From Oscillospiraceae bacterium (GTDB taxonomy: Bacteria > Bacillota > Clostridia > Oscillospirales > Oscillospiraceae), in the NCBI GenBank assembly GCA_017458085.1, contig JAFTGE010000012.1, forward strand, positions 176 to 64,175: a DNA stretch of 64,000 nucleotides, in the 5' to 3' direction. Shown here piece after piece: positions 43,551-51,996 of this stretch. The notes below the pieces were generated by a model, which made no database searches, was not told where the DNA came from, and was given only the letters and a program-made list of their open reading frames with translations. How positions within the stretch are numbered: position 1 is the stretch's first letter; each line of letters opens with the position of its first letter. The translations under genes were made by a program, and so were the position numbers.

Positions 43551-44477
43551 TCAGGCTTCGAGTACCTTTTTCACAATGCTTTCGGCATCCAGACCGTATT
43601 CGCGCATCAGCTCCTCCGGCTCACCGGACTGACCGAAGACGTCCTGCACACCCACGCGGATGAGCTTGGCAGGCAGCTGGCCGTCTACAAGCACGGAAGA
43701 GATCGCGTCGCCGAGGCCGCCGATGGTGCTGGCCTCCTCGGCCGCAACCAGCTTGCCGCAGCGCTTGGCGTACTCCCGCACGCAGTCGGCGTCCAGGGGC
43801 TTGATGGTGTGCATGTTGATGACAGCCGCGCTGACGCCCTGCTCAGCCAGCAGATCGGCGGCCTTGAGCGCTTCAGCCACCATGATGCCGCAGGCGAAGA
43901 TCGCCACGTCCGACCCCTCACGCAGGACATTGGCCTTGCCGAGGGTGAAGGGCTTGACCATGTCGCCCTCAAAAACGGGGGTGGCCATACGGGCCAGGCG
44001 GATGTAAACCGGGCCGTCCATCTCCGCTGCCGCGGCGACGCAGGCGTAGGTTTCATTGGCGTCGGCGGGCACCACAACGGTCATGCCCGGCACCACGCGC
44101 ATCAGAGCGATATCCTCAATGCACGCATGACTGCCGCCGTCGGGACCGACGGTAATGCCGGCGTGGGTCATGGCGAGCTTGACATTGAGGCGGGGATAGG
44201 CGATGGAGTTGCGGATCTGCTCAAAGGCACGGCCGATGCCGAACATGGCGAAGGTGGAGCAGAAGGGAACCAGCCCCGTGGTGGACATGCCGCCGGCAAT
44301 GTCGACCAGATCGGCCTCGGCAATGCCGACGTTGTAATGCCGGTCGGGGTAGGCGTCCTTGAAAATACTGGTCATGGTGGCGTGGGCCAGATCAGCGTCC
44401 AGCACCACGACCTTGTCGTTGGTTTTGGCCAGTTCGACGAGAGCCTCGCCGTAGGCCTGACGTGTCGCTTTATTCAT
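43551..44477 (-). CDS. transketolase, C-terminal (pyrimidine-binding) subunit
   Basis: Track ORF 43551-44501; ATG 44477 (MNKATRQAYGEALVEL...) overlaps the upstream stop (ATGAATAA). Confidence 0.9.
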   Translation of the reverse strand: MNKATRQAYGEALVELAKTNDKVVVLDADLAHATMTSIFKDAYPDRHYNVGIAEADLVDIAGGMSTTGLVPFCSTFAMFGIGRAFEQIRNSIAYPRLNVKLAMTHAGITVGPDGGSHACIEDIALMRVVPGMTVVVPADANETYACVAAAAEMDGPVYIRLARMATPVFEGDMVKPFTLGKANVLREGSDVAIFACGIMVAEALKAADLLAEQGVSAAVINMHTIKPLDADCVREYAKRCGKLVAAEEASTIGGLGDAISSVLVDGQLPAKLIRVGVQDVFGQSGEPEELMREYGLDAESIVKKVLEA

Positions 44478-45294
44478 TCTTTGCCGCCTCCAATTCTGCA
44501 ATAGCTGCAGCGCACTGCTCCTTCGACGGAGCCTTGCCGTGCCAGCCGACCTGGTTTTCCATGAAGGAAACGCCCTTGCCCTTGACGGTGTGTGCCAGGA
44601 TGCAGCGGGGCTTGCCCGGTGTGGCCGGGGTGTTCAGCGCGGCGATGACCGCCTCGAGATCGTTGCCGTCTTTGAGCTCGATCACGTCCAGCCCAAAGGC
44701 GCGGAGCTTGGCGTTCAGGTCGCCGAGAGACATGACCTCGTCGTTCGTGCCGTCGATCTGCAAACCGTTCCAGTCAACGAGGAAGGTGAGATTGTCCAGC
44801 TTGTAGTGACTGGCGGCCATGAAGGCCTCCCAGACCAGACCCTCCTGCAGCTCACCGTCGCCGGTGAGGGCATAGACATGAAAGCTCTTGCCCTGATGCT
44901 TGGCGCCCAGCGCCATCCCAACGGCGAGGGAAACGCCCTGCCCCAGGGAGCCGGTGGCCACGTCCACGCCGGGCAGCTTCTTGCTGTCGGGGTGGCCCTG
45001 CAGACGGCTGTGCAGCTTACGCAGCGTCCACAGCTCCTCCACCGGGAAAAAGCCCCTGTGGGCCAGCACCGAATAATACACCGGCGCCACATGGCCCTTG
45101 GAGAGCACGAAGCGATCGCGGTCCGGATCCTTGGGATTGGCGGGATCCACGTTCATCTGCGTAAAATAGGTTGCCGCCACCAGCTCTACGCTGGACAGCG
45201 ACCCACCCGGGTGGCCGCTTCCGGCCTCGGTGATCATCTTGACCACGTCCATGCGGATCTCACGGCAGAGATCCTTTAACTGTCTTGTTTCCAT
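44470..45294 (-). CDS. transketolase, N-terminal (TPP-binding) subunit
   Basis: 274 aa; ...AGSGHPGGSLS..., ...GDGELQEG... Confidence 0.9.
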   Translation of the reverse strand: METRQLKDLCREIRMDVVKMITEAGSGHPGGSLSSVELVAATYFTQMNVDPANPKDPDRDRFVLSKGHVAPVYYSVLAHRGFFPVEELWTLRKLHSRLQGHPDSKKLPGVDVATGSLGQGVSLAVGMALGAKHQGKSFHVYALTGDGELQEGLVWEAFMAASHYKLDNLTFLVDWNGLQIDGTNDEVMSLGDLNAKLRAFGLDVIELKDGNDLEAVIAALNTPATPGKPRCILAHTVKGKGVSFMENQVGWHGKAPSKEQCAAAIAELEAAKNE

Positions 45295-45382
45295 GCTGTA
45301 CTTCCGGGAGCCGCACGGCCCACGGAATACTCCTTTCCTTCAGATCTTTAATGTTTTATTGAGACATAAAAGGAATAACGGA

Positions 45383-46438
45383 CTAATCTGCGCTCCGCTC
45401 CGATTTTGCTTCCGAAGCCGGAGGGGAGCAGGAACTGCGGTAAAGAATCATGCTGGGCATGGTGACGATCTTGGTGGGAAGAACGCCGGCATCCAGCGCC
45501 TCGAGCAGAATCTCGGCCGCGGTTTCACCCTTTTCGACACTGGGCTGCCAGACGGTCGTCATGGCGGGGGAGACGTGGCGCGCAAACACATTGTCGTCAA
45601 AACCCGCCACGGAAATATCCTCCGGAATCGAGAGACCGCAGTCGGCAATGGCCTTATATACGGTCATGGAAATGACCCCGTTCAAGGCCAGAATGGCCGT
45701 CGGCTTCTCTGCCTGATACAGCAGATGCTTGGTGACGTTGACGGTGCGCTCCTCATTCATGTTGTCGAGCGTGACGACGAAGCGCTCATCAAAGGGCAGG
45801 CCTGCCTCCGTCAGCGCGCTTTTATACCCGAGGAAACGGTTATAGGAGGAGGCAAACTTATAATCATAGGCGATGTAGGCGATGCGCCGGTGCCCAAGGG
45901 TGATGAGAAAGCTGGTGATATCTCTGGCCGCGGCAAAGTCGTCAATATCCACATGCGCGCAGCTGTCTATATCGGCATTGTCGGTACACTCACCGATCAG
46001 GACCATGGGGACCGAAGCCCGGGACAGATCACGCATGACAGGGTTGGTGCTGTCCATGCCGATGAGAATGAAGCCGTCGACGCGGTGCCGGGCATACATG
46101 TCGATCAGCATGGCCGAGTCCGAGGTCTCAAAGACCATCAGCAGGTGATACCCACGGGGCAGAAGCCGGGAGGAGATTCCCAGCATGATATCGGAGTAAA
46201 TGGTGTTCTGAAAAAAGTTTTCGTGGCGCTGGGAAACGATGATCCCGATCACATGGGACGAGGCCGCATCGGTGGAAACCGCGGTGGGGTGCCGGGGAGA
46301 GAAGCCCTGAGCCACACGCATGACCTTTTCTTTTGTCTTAGCGCTGACATAGCCCTTGCCGCTGAACACGCGGGAGACGGTTGCGGGACTGACACCGGCC
46401 TCTCTGGCTATGTCGTAAATGGTTCGGTTTACACTCAT
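45383..46438 (-). CDS. LacI-family transcriptional regulator
   Basis: 351 aa; HTH TIYDIAREAGVSPATVSRVFSG plus a periplasmic-binding-like sugar domain. Confidence 0.9.
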   Translation of the reverse strand: MSVNRTIYDIAREAGVSPATVSRVFSGKGYVSAKTKEKVMRVAQGFSPRHPTAVSTDAASSHVIGIIVSQRHENFFQNTIYSDIMLGISSRLLPRGYHLLMVFETSDSAMLIDMYARHRVDGFILIGMDSTNPVMRDLSRASVPMVLIGECTDNADIDSCAHVDIDDFAAARDITSFLITLGHRRIAYIAYDYKFASSYNRFLGYKSALTEAGLPFDERFVVTLDNMNEERTVNVTKHLLYQAEKPTAILALNGVISMTVYKAIADCGLSIPEDISVAGFDDNVFARHVSPAMTTVWQPSVEKGETAAEILLEALDAGVLPTKIVTMPSMILYRSSCSPPASEAKSERSAD

Positions 46439-46511
46439 TCGATCACCCGGTTATGATTATATTCGTTTTGCTCGAAATTTCAAGAGCAATCGGAAAGAAA
46501 CGCCGCCTGCT

Positions 46512-46549
46512 TGAAAACGCCGCGGCCTTGGATGCAAAGGCCGCGGCGT
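46512..46549 (-). terminator. terminator of the TRAP/aldolase operon
   Basis: 13-bp GC-rich arms ACGCCGCGGCCTT / AAGGCCGCGGCGT, loop GGATGCA, TTTTC follows on the minus strand. Confidence 0.75.
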
Positions 46550-46565
46550 CGCTGCTTATGATGGT

Positions 46566-47525
46566 TCAGGTGCGGCGATTGGCGGGCTCCCGCCCTTCGA
46601 GAACATCGATCACCTGCTGGGCGGTCATGCTGCCGCAGCGTTCGCCGTTTTCGTAGGTCTCGCCGCCGTTGTGAGGCGTGGCGATCACATTGGGCAGACG
46701 CAGCAGGGGGGTGTTCTCCGGCGTGACGGGCTCATGGACGAACACGTCGCTTGCAAAGAATCCGACCTGCCCGCTGACCAGCGCGTCATACATGGCCTGC
46801 TCGTCCACGACCTCACCCCGGGCCTCGCTGACAAAGATCACGCCCGGCTTGGTTTTGGCAAGTGTTTCGGCGTTGATCATGCCCTCGGTGTCGGGCAAAA
46901 GGGGAACGTGCAGGGAGATGATGTCGCTTTGCCGCAGAATGGTGTCGAAGTCGGCCAACTCCACATTCAAAAGCCGTGCGGCCTCGACATTGGGGGCGAC
47001 ATCGTAGGCGAGCACGCGGCAGTCGAAACCGCTGAGCTTCTTGGCGACCAGTTGGCCGATATAGCCAAAGCCTATGATCCCCACCGTCCGTCCGGCCAAT
47101 TCATAGAAGATTGCCTGCTCCCACCGACCCTGCTTGGTGCTGGCATTGAGATTGGCCATATCACGCAGCGCGCAGAGCATGAGCGCCAGGGTGTGCTCTG
47201 CCACGGGGTTGGCGTTGATGCCGGGGCAGTTGGTACAGATGATGCCGCGGCGCCGGGCGGCTTCGGTGTCAACCGAGTTCATGCCGACCCCATAACGCGC
47301 GATCACCTTCAAGCGCGGGGCGGCGGCCATAGCCTCCTCGCACCAGGGCTCGGAATCGGCGATGACGGCGTCCGCGTCATGTGCGGCGGCCTTGAGTTCT
47401 TCAAGGGTGTAGTCCCGATCCAATTCGATGAATTGCAGCTGGCATCCGTGTTCCCGGAGCATGCGGCAGGCAGAGGGACTAAAGCGCTCGAAATAGGGCT
47501 TGGCGATCAGAACTTTTTTTGTCAT
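46566..47525 (-). CDS. D-isomer-specific 2-hydroxyacid dehydrogenase family protein
   Basis: Track ORF 46566-47573; ATG 47525 after AGAGGTGAG; NAD motif GIIGFGYIGQ; catalytic-region ...SEARGEVVDE... and ...TPHNGG... Confidence 0.85.
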   Translation of the reverse strand: MTKKVLIAKPYFERFSPSACRMLREHGCQLQFIELDRDYTLEELKAAAHDADAVIADSEPWCEEAMAAAPRLKVIARYGVGMNSVDTEAARRRGIICTNCPGINANPVAEHTLALMLCALRDMANLNASTKQGRWEQAIFYELAGRTVGIIGFGYIGQLVAKKLSGFDCRVLAYDVAPNVEAARLLNVELADFDTILRQSDIISLHVPLLPDTEGMINAETLAKTKPGVIFVSEARGEVVDEQAMYDALVSGQVGFFASDVFVHEPVTPENTPLLRLPNVIATPHNGGETYENGERCGSMTAQQVIDVLEGREPANRRT

Positions 47526-47545
47526 GGACAGTCTCACCTCTGCGG

Positions 47546-48832
47546 TTACTTCATCAGCACAGCGGGCAGCCACGTGGTCAGGGACGGGATGTAGGTGATG
47601 AGGATCAGCACAACGACCGCGACGACCACGAAGGGCAGAATAACCTTGTACATAACGGAAAGCTTGACCTTGCCGACATTGGAGACGATAAAGAGCATCA
47701 TGCCCACCGGCGGGGTCAGGGTGCCGACCATGAGGTTAAAGCAGACCATAACGCCAAAGTGGATATCGCTGATACCGAAGGCCCGGGCGACCGGCCAGAG
47801 GATCGGCACCATCAGCAGCAGGGCGGGGGAGGCGTCCAGCAGCATGCCGATCAGCAGCAGAAGAATGTTGACAAACAACAGGAAGAGGTACTTGTTGTTG
47901 ATGTAGGCCATGCAGAAGTTCGTCAGTGCCTGTGCCACGCCCAGGGTTGTGATGGCCCAGGCCATGGCGGTAGCGATGGCGATGATGAACAGCACGTTGG
48001 CAGCGGCCTTGGCCGAACGGATGCAGGCGCGCCAGAAGGACTTGAAGCTCAGCTGGCGGCGGCACAGGGCCACGATGGTGGAATAGACCACGGCGATGGC
48101 GCTGGACTCGGTGGCGGTGCAGATGCCAAGGGTAATGGTGCCCATGATGATGATCGGCAGCAGCAGCGCGGGCAGGGTTTCCCATGTCGCCCTGGCGATC
48201 TCCCTGCCGGAGGCGCGTTTTTCACGGCAAGGGTATTTACGCTTGAGGGAGATGTAGTAGCAGAAGGCCATGTAAGCAATGCCCAGTAGAATACCGGGGA
48301 TTGCGCCGGCCATAAACATCTTGCCGACGGACACCGTACCGACGCAGCCGGCGTAGATGATCATGATGTTGCTGGGGGGAATGATAGGGCCAATGATGGC
48401 CGAGGCCGCAGTAACAGCGCTGGAGAACTCCTTGTCGTAGCCGCCCTCTGTCATCATCTGAATCTCGATGGGGCCGAGACCGGCGGCGTCCGCCGCGGCG
48501 GAGCCGGAAAGCCCTGCGAAAAGCATGCTTGCCAGAACGTTCACATGGGCAAGCCCGCCGCGAATGTGGCCGACGAGCCGCTCGCAGAAGATGACGATAG
48601 CCCTTGTGATGCCGCCGACAGACATGATGTCCGCCGACAGGATGAACAGCAGGATGCACACGTAGGTGTACACGTCGATGCCGGAGAACATTTTCTGGGG
48701 GATCATGGACAGATCGCCGCCGAGCAGCTTGAAGGCAATCACCGTCAACGCGCCCATGCCGAAGCCCACCGGCGTGCCGAGCAGCATAATGACAAGGAAG
48801 ATGAGCAAAAGAACCAAAGCCATATATGCCAT
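47546..48832 (-). CDS. TRAP transporter large permease (DctM)
   Basis: Track ORF 47546-48928; ATG 48832 after AAAGGAG; 428 aa, many TMs. Confidence 0.9.
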   Translation of the reverse strand: MAYMALVLLLIFLVIMLLGTPVGFGMGALTVIAFKLLGGDLSMIPQKMFSGIDVYTYVCILLFILSADIMSVGGITRAIVIFCERLVGHIRGGLAHVNVLASMLFAGLSGSAAADAAGLGPIEIQMMTEGGYDKEFSSAVTAASAIIGPIIPPSNIMIIYAGCVGTVSVGKMFMAGAIPGILLGIAYMAFCYYISLKRKYPCREKRASGREIARATWETLPALLLPIIIMGTITLGICTATESSAIAVVYSTIVALCRRQLSFKSFWRACIRSAKAAANVLFIIAIATAMAWAITTLGVAQALTNFCMAYINNKYLFLLFVNILLLLIGMLLDASPALLLMVPILWPVARAFGISDIHFGVMVCFNLMVGTLTPPVGMMLFIVSNVGKVKLSVMYKVILPFVVVAVVVLILITYIPSLTTWLPAVLMK

Positions 48833-48836
48833 GTGA

Positions 48837-49433
48837 TCAGCTCCTTTCTTCCGCGTCATTCCGGGCGGTGGGATCGGGCTCCTCATGCCGCGGGAAGGAA
48901 CGCTTCCTGCCGGCTTCAAAGGGCTCAAGCTCGCCGGAGAACACGCCGATCATCTCCGTCAGGATCTCAAAGCCCACCAGGATCGAGCCCACCACCGGCG
49001 CCGAATAGAGAAGCGTCCCGGGGGCGCGGAGCATGGAGGACTTATAGATCTTGCGAATCTTGCAGACGTAGAGACCGTACTTAATGGCGACAACAAGCAC
49101 CATGACCATCAGCACGCGGGTCAGCACGTAAAGGATCAGACGTCCTGGCCGATTCATGCGTCCGTAGATAATGTCCACCTGGGCCATGGAGCCCTCGCGG
49201 AAGCAGATGCTGATCACACAGTAGCAGATCCAGACCATGGAGTAACGTGCCAGCTCTTCTGTCCAGCTGATGGAAATATCGGAAATCTTGACGAGAACGT
49301 AACGGTTGAAGACCTGAAGGAACACGTCGGCGGCGTTAATGACCACCAGGATAACCGCCACAATTTCGAGGATCCAACAGATGATGTCGGATATCTTGTT
49401 CATGCCGAAGTATACTTTTCGCAGCGTTTTCAT
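48837..49433 (-). CDS. TRAP transporter small permease (DctQ)
   Basis: 198 aa, 4 TM, immediately upstream of dctM; AAGGAG SD. Confidence 0.85.
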   Translation of the reverse strand: MKTLRKVYFGMNKISDIICWILEIVAVILVVINAADVFLQVFNRYVLVKISDISISWTEELARYSMVWICYCVISICFREGSMAQVDIIYGRMNRPGRLILYVLTRVLMVMVLVVAIKYGLYVCKIRKIYKSSMLRAPGTLLYSAPVVGSILVGFEILTEMIGVFSGELEPFEAGRKRSFPRHEEPDPTARNDAEERS

Positions 49434-49469
49434 AGCTTGCTCCTTGCCTGAGGTTTTATTGTGAAATCA

Positions 49470-49506
49470 GATATAAGCGATTGGCTTTAAGCCAATCGCT
49501 TATATC
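49470..49506 (-). terminator. near-perfect 37-nt palindrome between dctP and dctQ (partial terminator / mRNA stabiliser)
   Basis: GATATAAGCGATTGGCTT / AAGCCAATCGCTTATATC; 32 nt downstream of the dctP stop. Confidence 0.5.
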
Positions 49507-49537
49507 TTACCGTCTTGCCGGGAATTACAAAAGATGC

Positions 49538-50638
49538 TTAGCGGTTCGCGGCAATAGTGGCAAGGAACTCGTCCACGATCTGATCGCCGACCTGACCGCG
49601 CAGATACTCCTCGCAGGCGGGACCGTAAGCGGCATGCCAGGCATCCAGCTCCTCGGCAGTGGGGACGTAAACGGTCATGCCGTTGTCCTCGAGGGACTTG
49701 ACGCCGTTGGCGAGGATATCGGTGACAACGTCACGCGCGGCGGCCTGAGCGACAGCGGCGGCCTCGTCGACGACGGCGCGCTGGGCGTCAGACATCCGCT
49801 GATAGAGAGCGTCGTTGAAGTAAACGGCGGTCATGGAGGGGATGTGCTCGTCCATGACGATCCAGTCCTGAACCTCATAGGTCTTGTCCTGCAGGATGTT
49901 GGGGATGGTGTTCTCGTGGCCGTCGACAACGCCGTTCTGCATGGCAACGTACATCTCGGAGCCGGGCATCGGAACGGGGTTGGCGCTGATGGCCTCAACC
50001 ATCTTGATGTAGATGGGGGAGTCCATCACGCGGAAGGTCAGGCCCTTGGCCTCGTCGACCGTGTGGATCTGATAGCCCTTGGTGGTGAAGCAGCGCATAC
50101 CGCCGGAGACGACGCTCAGCACGCGGATGCCGGTCTCCTCTGCGGTCTTGGCGAACAGCTGGGCGGCCCAGTCGGTGTCGGCCGTTGCGTTGACCTCGTC
50201 ATTGTTCAGGAACGCGCCGGGCATGCAGAAGACCATGGTTTCGGGATAGTAGTTGTTGATCAGGGAGAAGTCGTAGGCGCCCATCTCAACGGTGCCGGCG
50301 GCGATGGCGCCGACAACGTCATTGGCGGAGCCCAGCGTGTCGGAGGGGTAAAGCTCAACCTTGATCGAGTCGCTGTGGCTTTCCACATACTCTTTGAAAG
50401 CGGTGGCGTACATAACCTCGCGGGAAGCGGTCGGCTCAAGGTCGCCGGGGGTGCGGCCGAACTTGATGACGATCTGCTCCTCAGCGGGTGCGGCGTCGGC
50501 GGCAGGCGCGGCGGCGTCGGCGGCGGGGGCAGCGGCAGCGGGAGCCTGTGTGGCGGCGGGAGCGGAGGACTGCTGTCCGCAGGCGGCCAGCGCCAGGATC
50601 ATGCAAAGTGCCATGACAAGTGCGAGTACCTTTTTCAT
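49538..50638 (-). CDS. TRAP transporter substrate-binding lipoprotein (DctP family)
   Basis: 366 aa; lipobox LALAAC followed by an Ala/Pro-rich linker; AAAGGAGAA SD. Confidence 0.9.
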   Translation of the reverse strand: MKKVLALVMALCMILALAACGQQSSAPAATQAPAAAAPAADAAAPAADAAPAEEQIVIKFGRTPGDLEPTASREVMYATAFKEYVESHSDSIKVELYPSDTLGSANDVVGAIAAGTVEMGAYDFSLINNYYPETMVFCMPGAFLNNDEVNATADTDWAAQLFAKTAEETGIRVLSVVSGGMRCFTTKGYQIHTVDEAKGLTFRVMDSPIYIKMVEAISANPVPMPGSEMYVAMQNGVVDGHENTIPNILQDKTYEVQDWIVMDEHIPSMTAVYFNDALYQRMSDAQRAVVDEAAAVAQAAARDVVTDILANGVKSLEDNGMTVYVPTAEELDAWHAAYGPACEEYLRGQVGDQIVDEFLATIAANR

Positions 50639-50701
50639 TGTGTTTCTCCTTTTAAAATATTTTTTCTGCCATCATGACAGAGAAATACAAACGGTTGCCG
50701 G

Positions 50702-51514
50702 TCATGTTCCGGCCTTATCCTGCCAGGCGGCAACGCCTGCGGCCTTTACCTGCTGCAGCGCGGCCTGGTAGTGATAGATGTCGCTGCCACAGATGAGCAT
50801 GTTGACGCCCTTACCGATCAGCGTCTGGATGGTCTCCTCCGTGGGGGGCAGGGCGGGAGCCATGATGCCGATGCCCTTGGGCGCTGCGGCCTTCACCAGC
50901 GTAGCCATGATCTCCTCGGTGTTGCTGTTTTTCATGTCGTAGCCGGAGGGCCGGTTGGTGGACATCGAGTAGTCCGCCGGGCCAAAGTTGATGGCGTCAA
51001 TTCCCTCCACCGCGAGCAGCTCGTCCAGATGGTCCGTGAATTCAAAATCCTCACACATGGGAATGACCAGCTCGGTTGCGTTGGCGGTCCTGACAAATTC
51101 CTGGCCGTCCAGCCCCATACCAAACTGCGCGGCGCGGACGGTGGTGTCAAAACCGCGGCGACCCAGTGGCGGGAACTTCGCTGCGCGCACGCACAGCTCC
51201 ATATCCTCCACTGTGCGTACATGGGGGATGATCACGCCCTCGGCCCCCATCTCCAGCGCCTTACGGATCTGGATCATGTCGGGCTGTGTCACGCGAACCA
51301 GGGGACTGATCCCGGCGGCGCGGGCGGCGAGGATCGCCTCGCGCAGGCTGGTGGTCTCCCAGGGGCAGTGTTCCGCGTCAATAAACGCGAAGTCAAAACC
51401 GGCGTAGGCCAGACACTCGATCAGCTGCGGAGAGTTGGTGTACATGGTCATGCCAAAAACGGGGCGAGTCTTCATTTTCTCTTTCAGGGTATTGACATAA
51501 ATGGGATTTTTCAT
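50702..51514 (-). CDS. HpcH/HpaI-family class II aldolase (2-keto-3-deoxy / 4-hydroxy-2-oxo acid aldolase)
   Basis: 270 aa; ...GFDFAFIDAEHCP..., ...VRV..., ...GVIIPHV..., ...FPPLGRRGF... Confidence 0.85.
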   Translation of the reverse strand: MKNPIYVNTLKEKMKTRPVFGMTMYTNSPQLIECLAYAGFDFAFIDAEHCPWETTSLREAILAARAAGISPLVRVTQPDMIQIRKALEMGAEGVIIPHVRTVEDMELCVRAAKFPPLGRRGFDTTVRAAQFGMGLDGQEFVRTANATELVIPMCEDFEFTDHLDELLAVEGIDAINFGPADYSMSTNRPSGYDMKNSNTEEIMATLVKAAAPKGIGIMAPALPPTEETIQTLIGKGVNMLICGSDIYHYQAALQQVKAAGVAAWQDKAGT

Positions 51515-51707
51515 GCGATTCCTCTTTGTTCCGGTGCGCTCGGCGGCACAACGCCGCTCGGGGGACCCTGATTTGATACTTCGACTATAAGAGCGAATGA
51601 AATAAAAGTCAATAAACAGGACAATGTTTCCTAAATTGTTTCACATTTTTGGCATTATCGTGAAAAACGAACCGGGCCGATTTGCATATTTCGACTACGA
51701 TGTTTCA

Positions 51708-51739
51708 GAATATTTCACAATAAAATGTGTGAAATATTC
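51708..51739. promoter_or_regulatory. perfect 12-bp inverted repeat (candidate operator)
   Basis: GAATATTTCACA (51708-51719), spacer ataaaatg, TGTGAAATATTC (51728-51739), in the AT-rich divergent control region. Confidence 0.6.
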
Positions 51740-51766
51740 GACAAACAACAAAAAAGGAGGAATAAA

Positions 51767-51958
51767 ATGGACATGATCAATTGGACGCAATTGAGTCGGG
51801 CGAGTGGAATGAAACAATATGTGAAACAAAAAACTGTTTCCTACATGAGCTGGCCCTCAACTCCGGCGCAGAGGCGCTTCCCGGCGAAAAACGAATTGCC
51901 GAAAGAATCTTGTATATTGACGGCTGGCGGCAAAGACCTTTATAATATGAACATCTGA
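51767..51958 (+). CDS. 63-codon ORF with a consensus SD in the control region (coding status doubtful)
   Basis: AAAGGAGGAATAAA-ATG; AT-rich codons unlike the neighbours; its 3' end contains the 51917-51946 promoter. Confidence 0.25.
   Translation: MDMINWTQLSRASGMKQYVKQKTVSYMSWPSTPAQRRFPAKNELPKESCILTAGGKDLYNMNI
51917..51946 (+). promoter_or_regulatory. putative promoter of the 51997 dehydrogenase gene
   Basis: TTGACG (51917-51922), 18-nt spacer, TATAAT (51941-51946). Confidence 0.55.
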
Positions 51959-51996
51959 AATATCATATCAATACAGTGGAAAGGTGAGGGAGCACC

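Noticed and set aside
51661-51676. TGAAAAACGAACCGG as a CcpA cre site
   Set aside because: It fails the central C-G spacing of the cre consensus (TGWAANCGNTNWCA) when aligned.
51625-51841. TGTTTCAC / GTGAAACA motifs as parS sites for the orphan ParB-like protein
   Set aside because: They equal single half-sites of the Firmicute parS (TGTTTCAC|GTGAAACA), but no contiguous 16-bp palindrome occurs here or anywhere else I could find in the window. A metabolic regulator's operator array is more likely.
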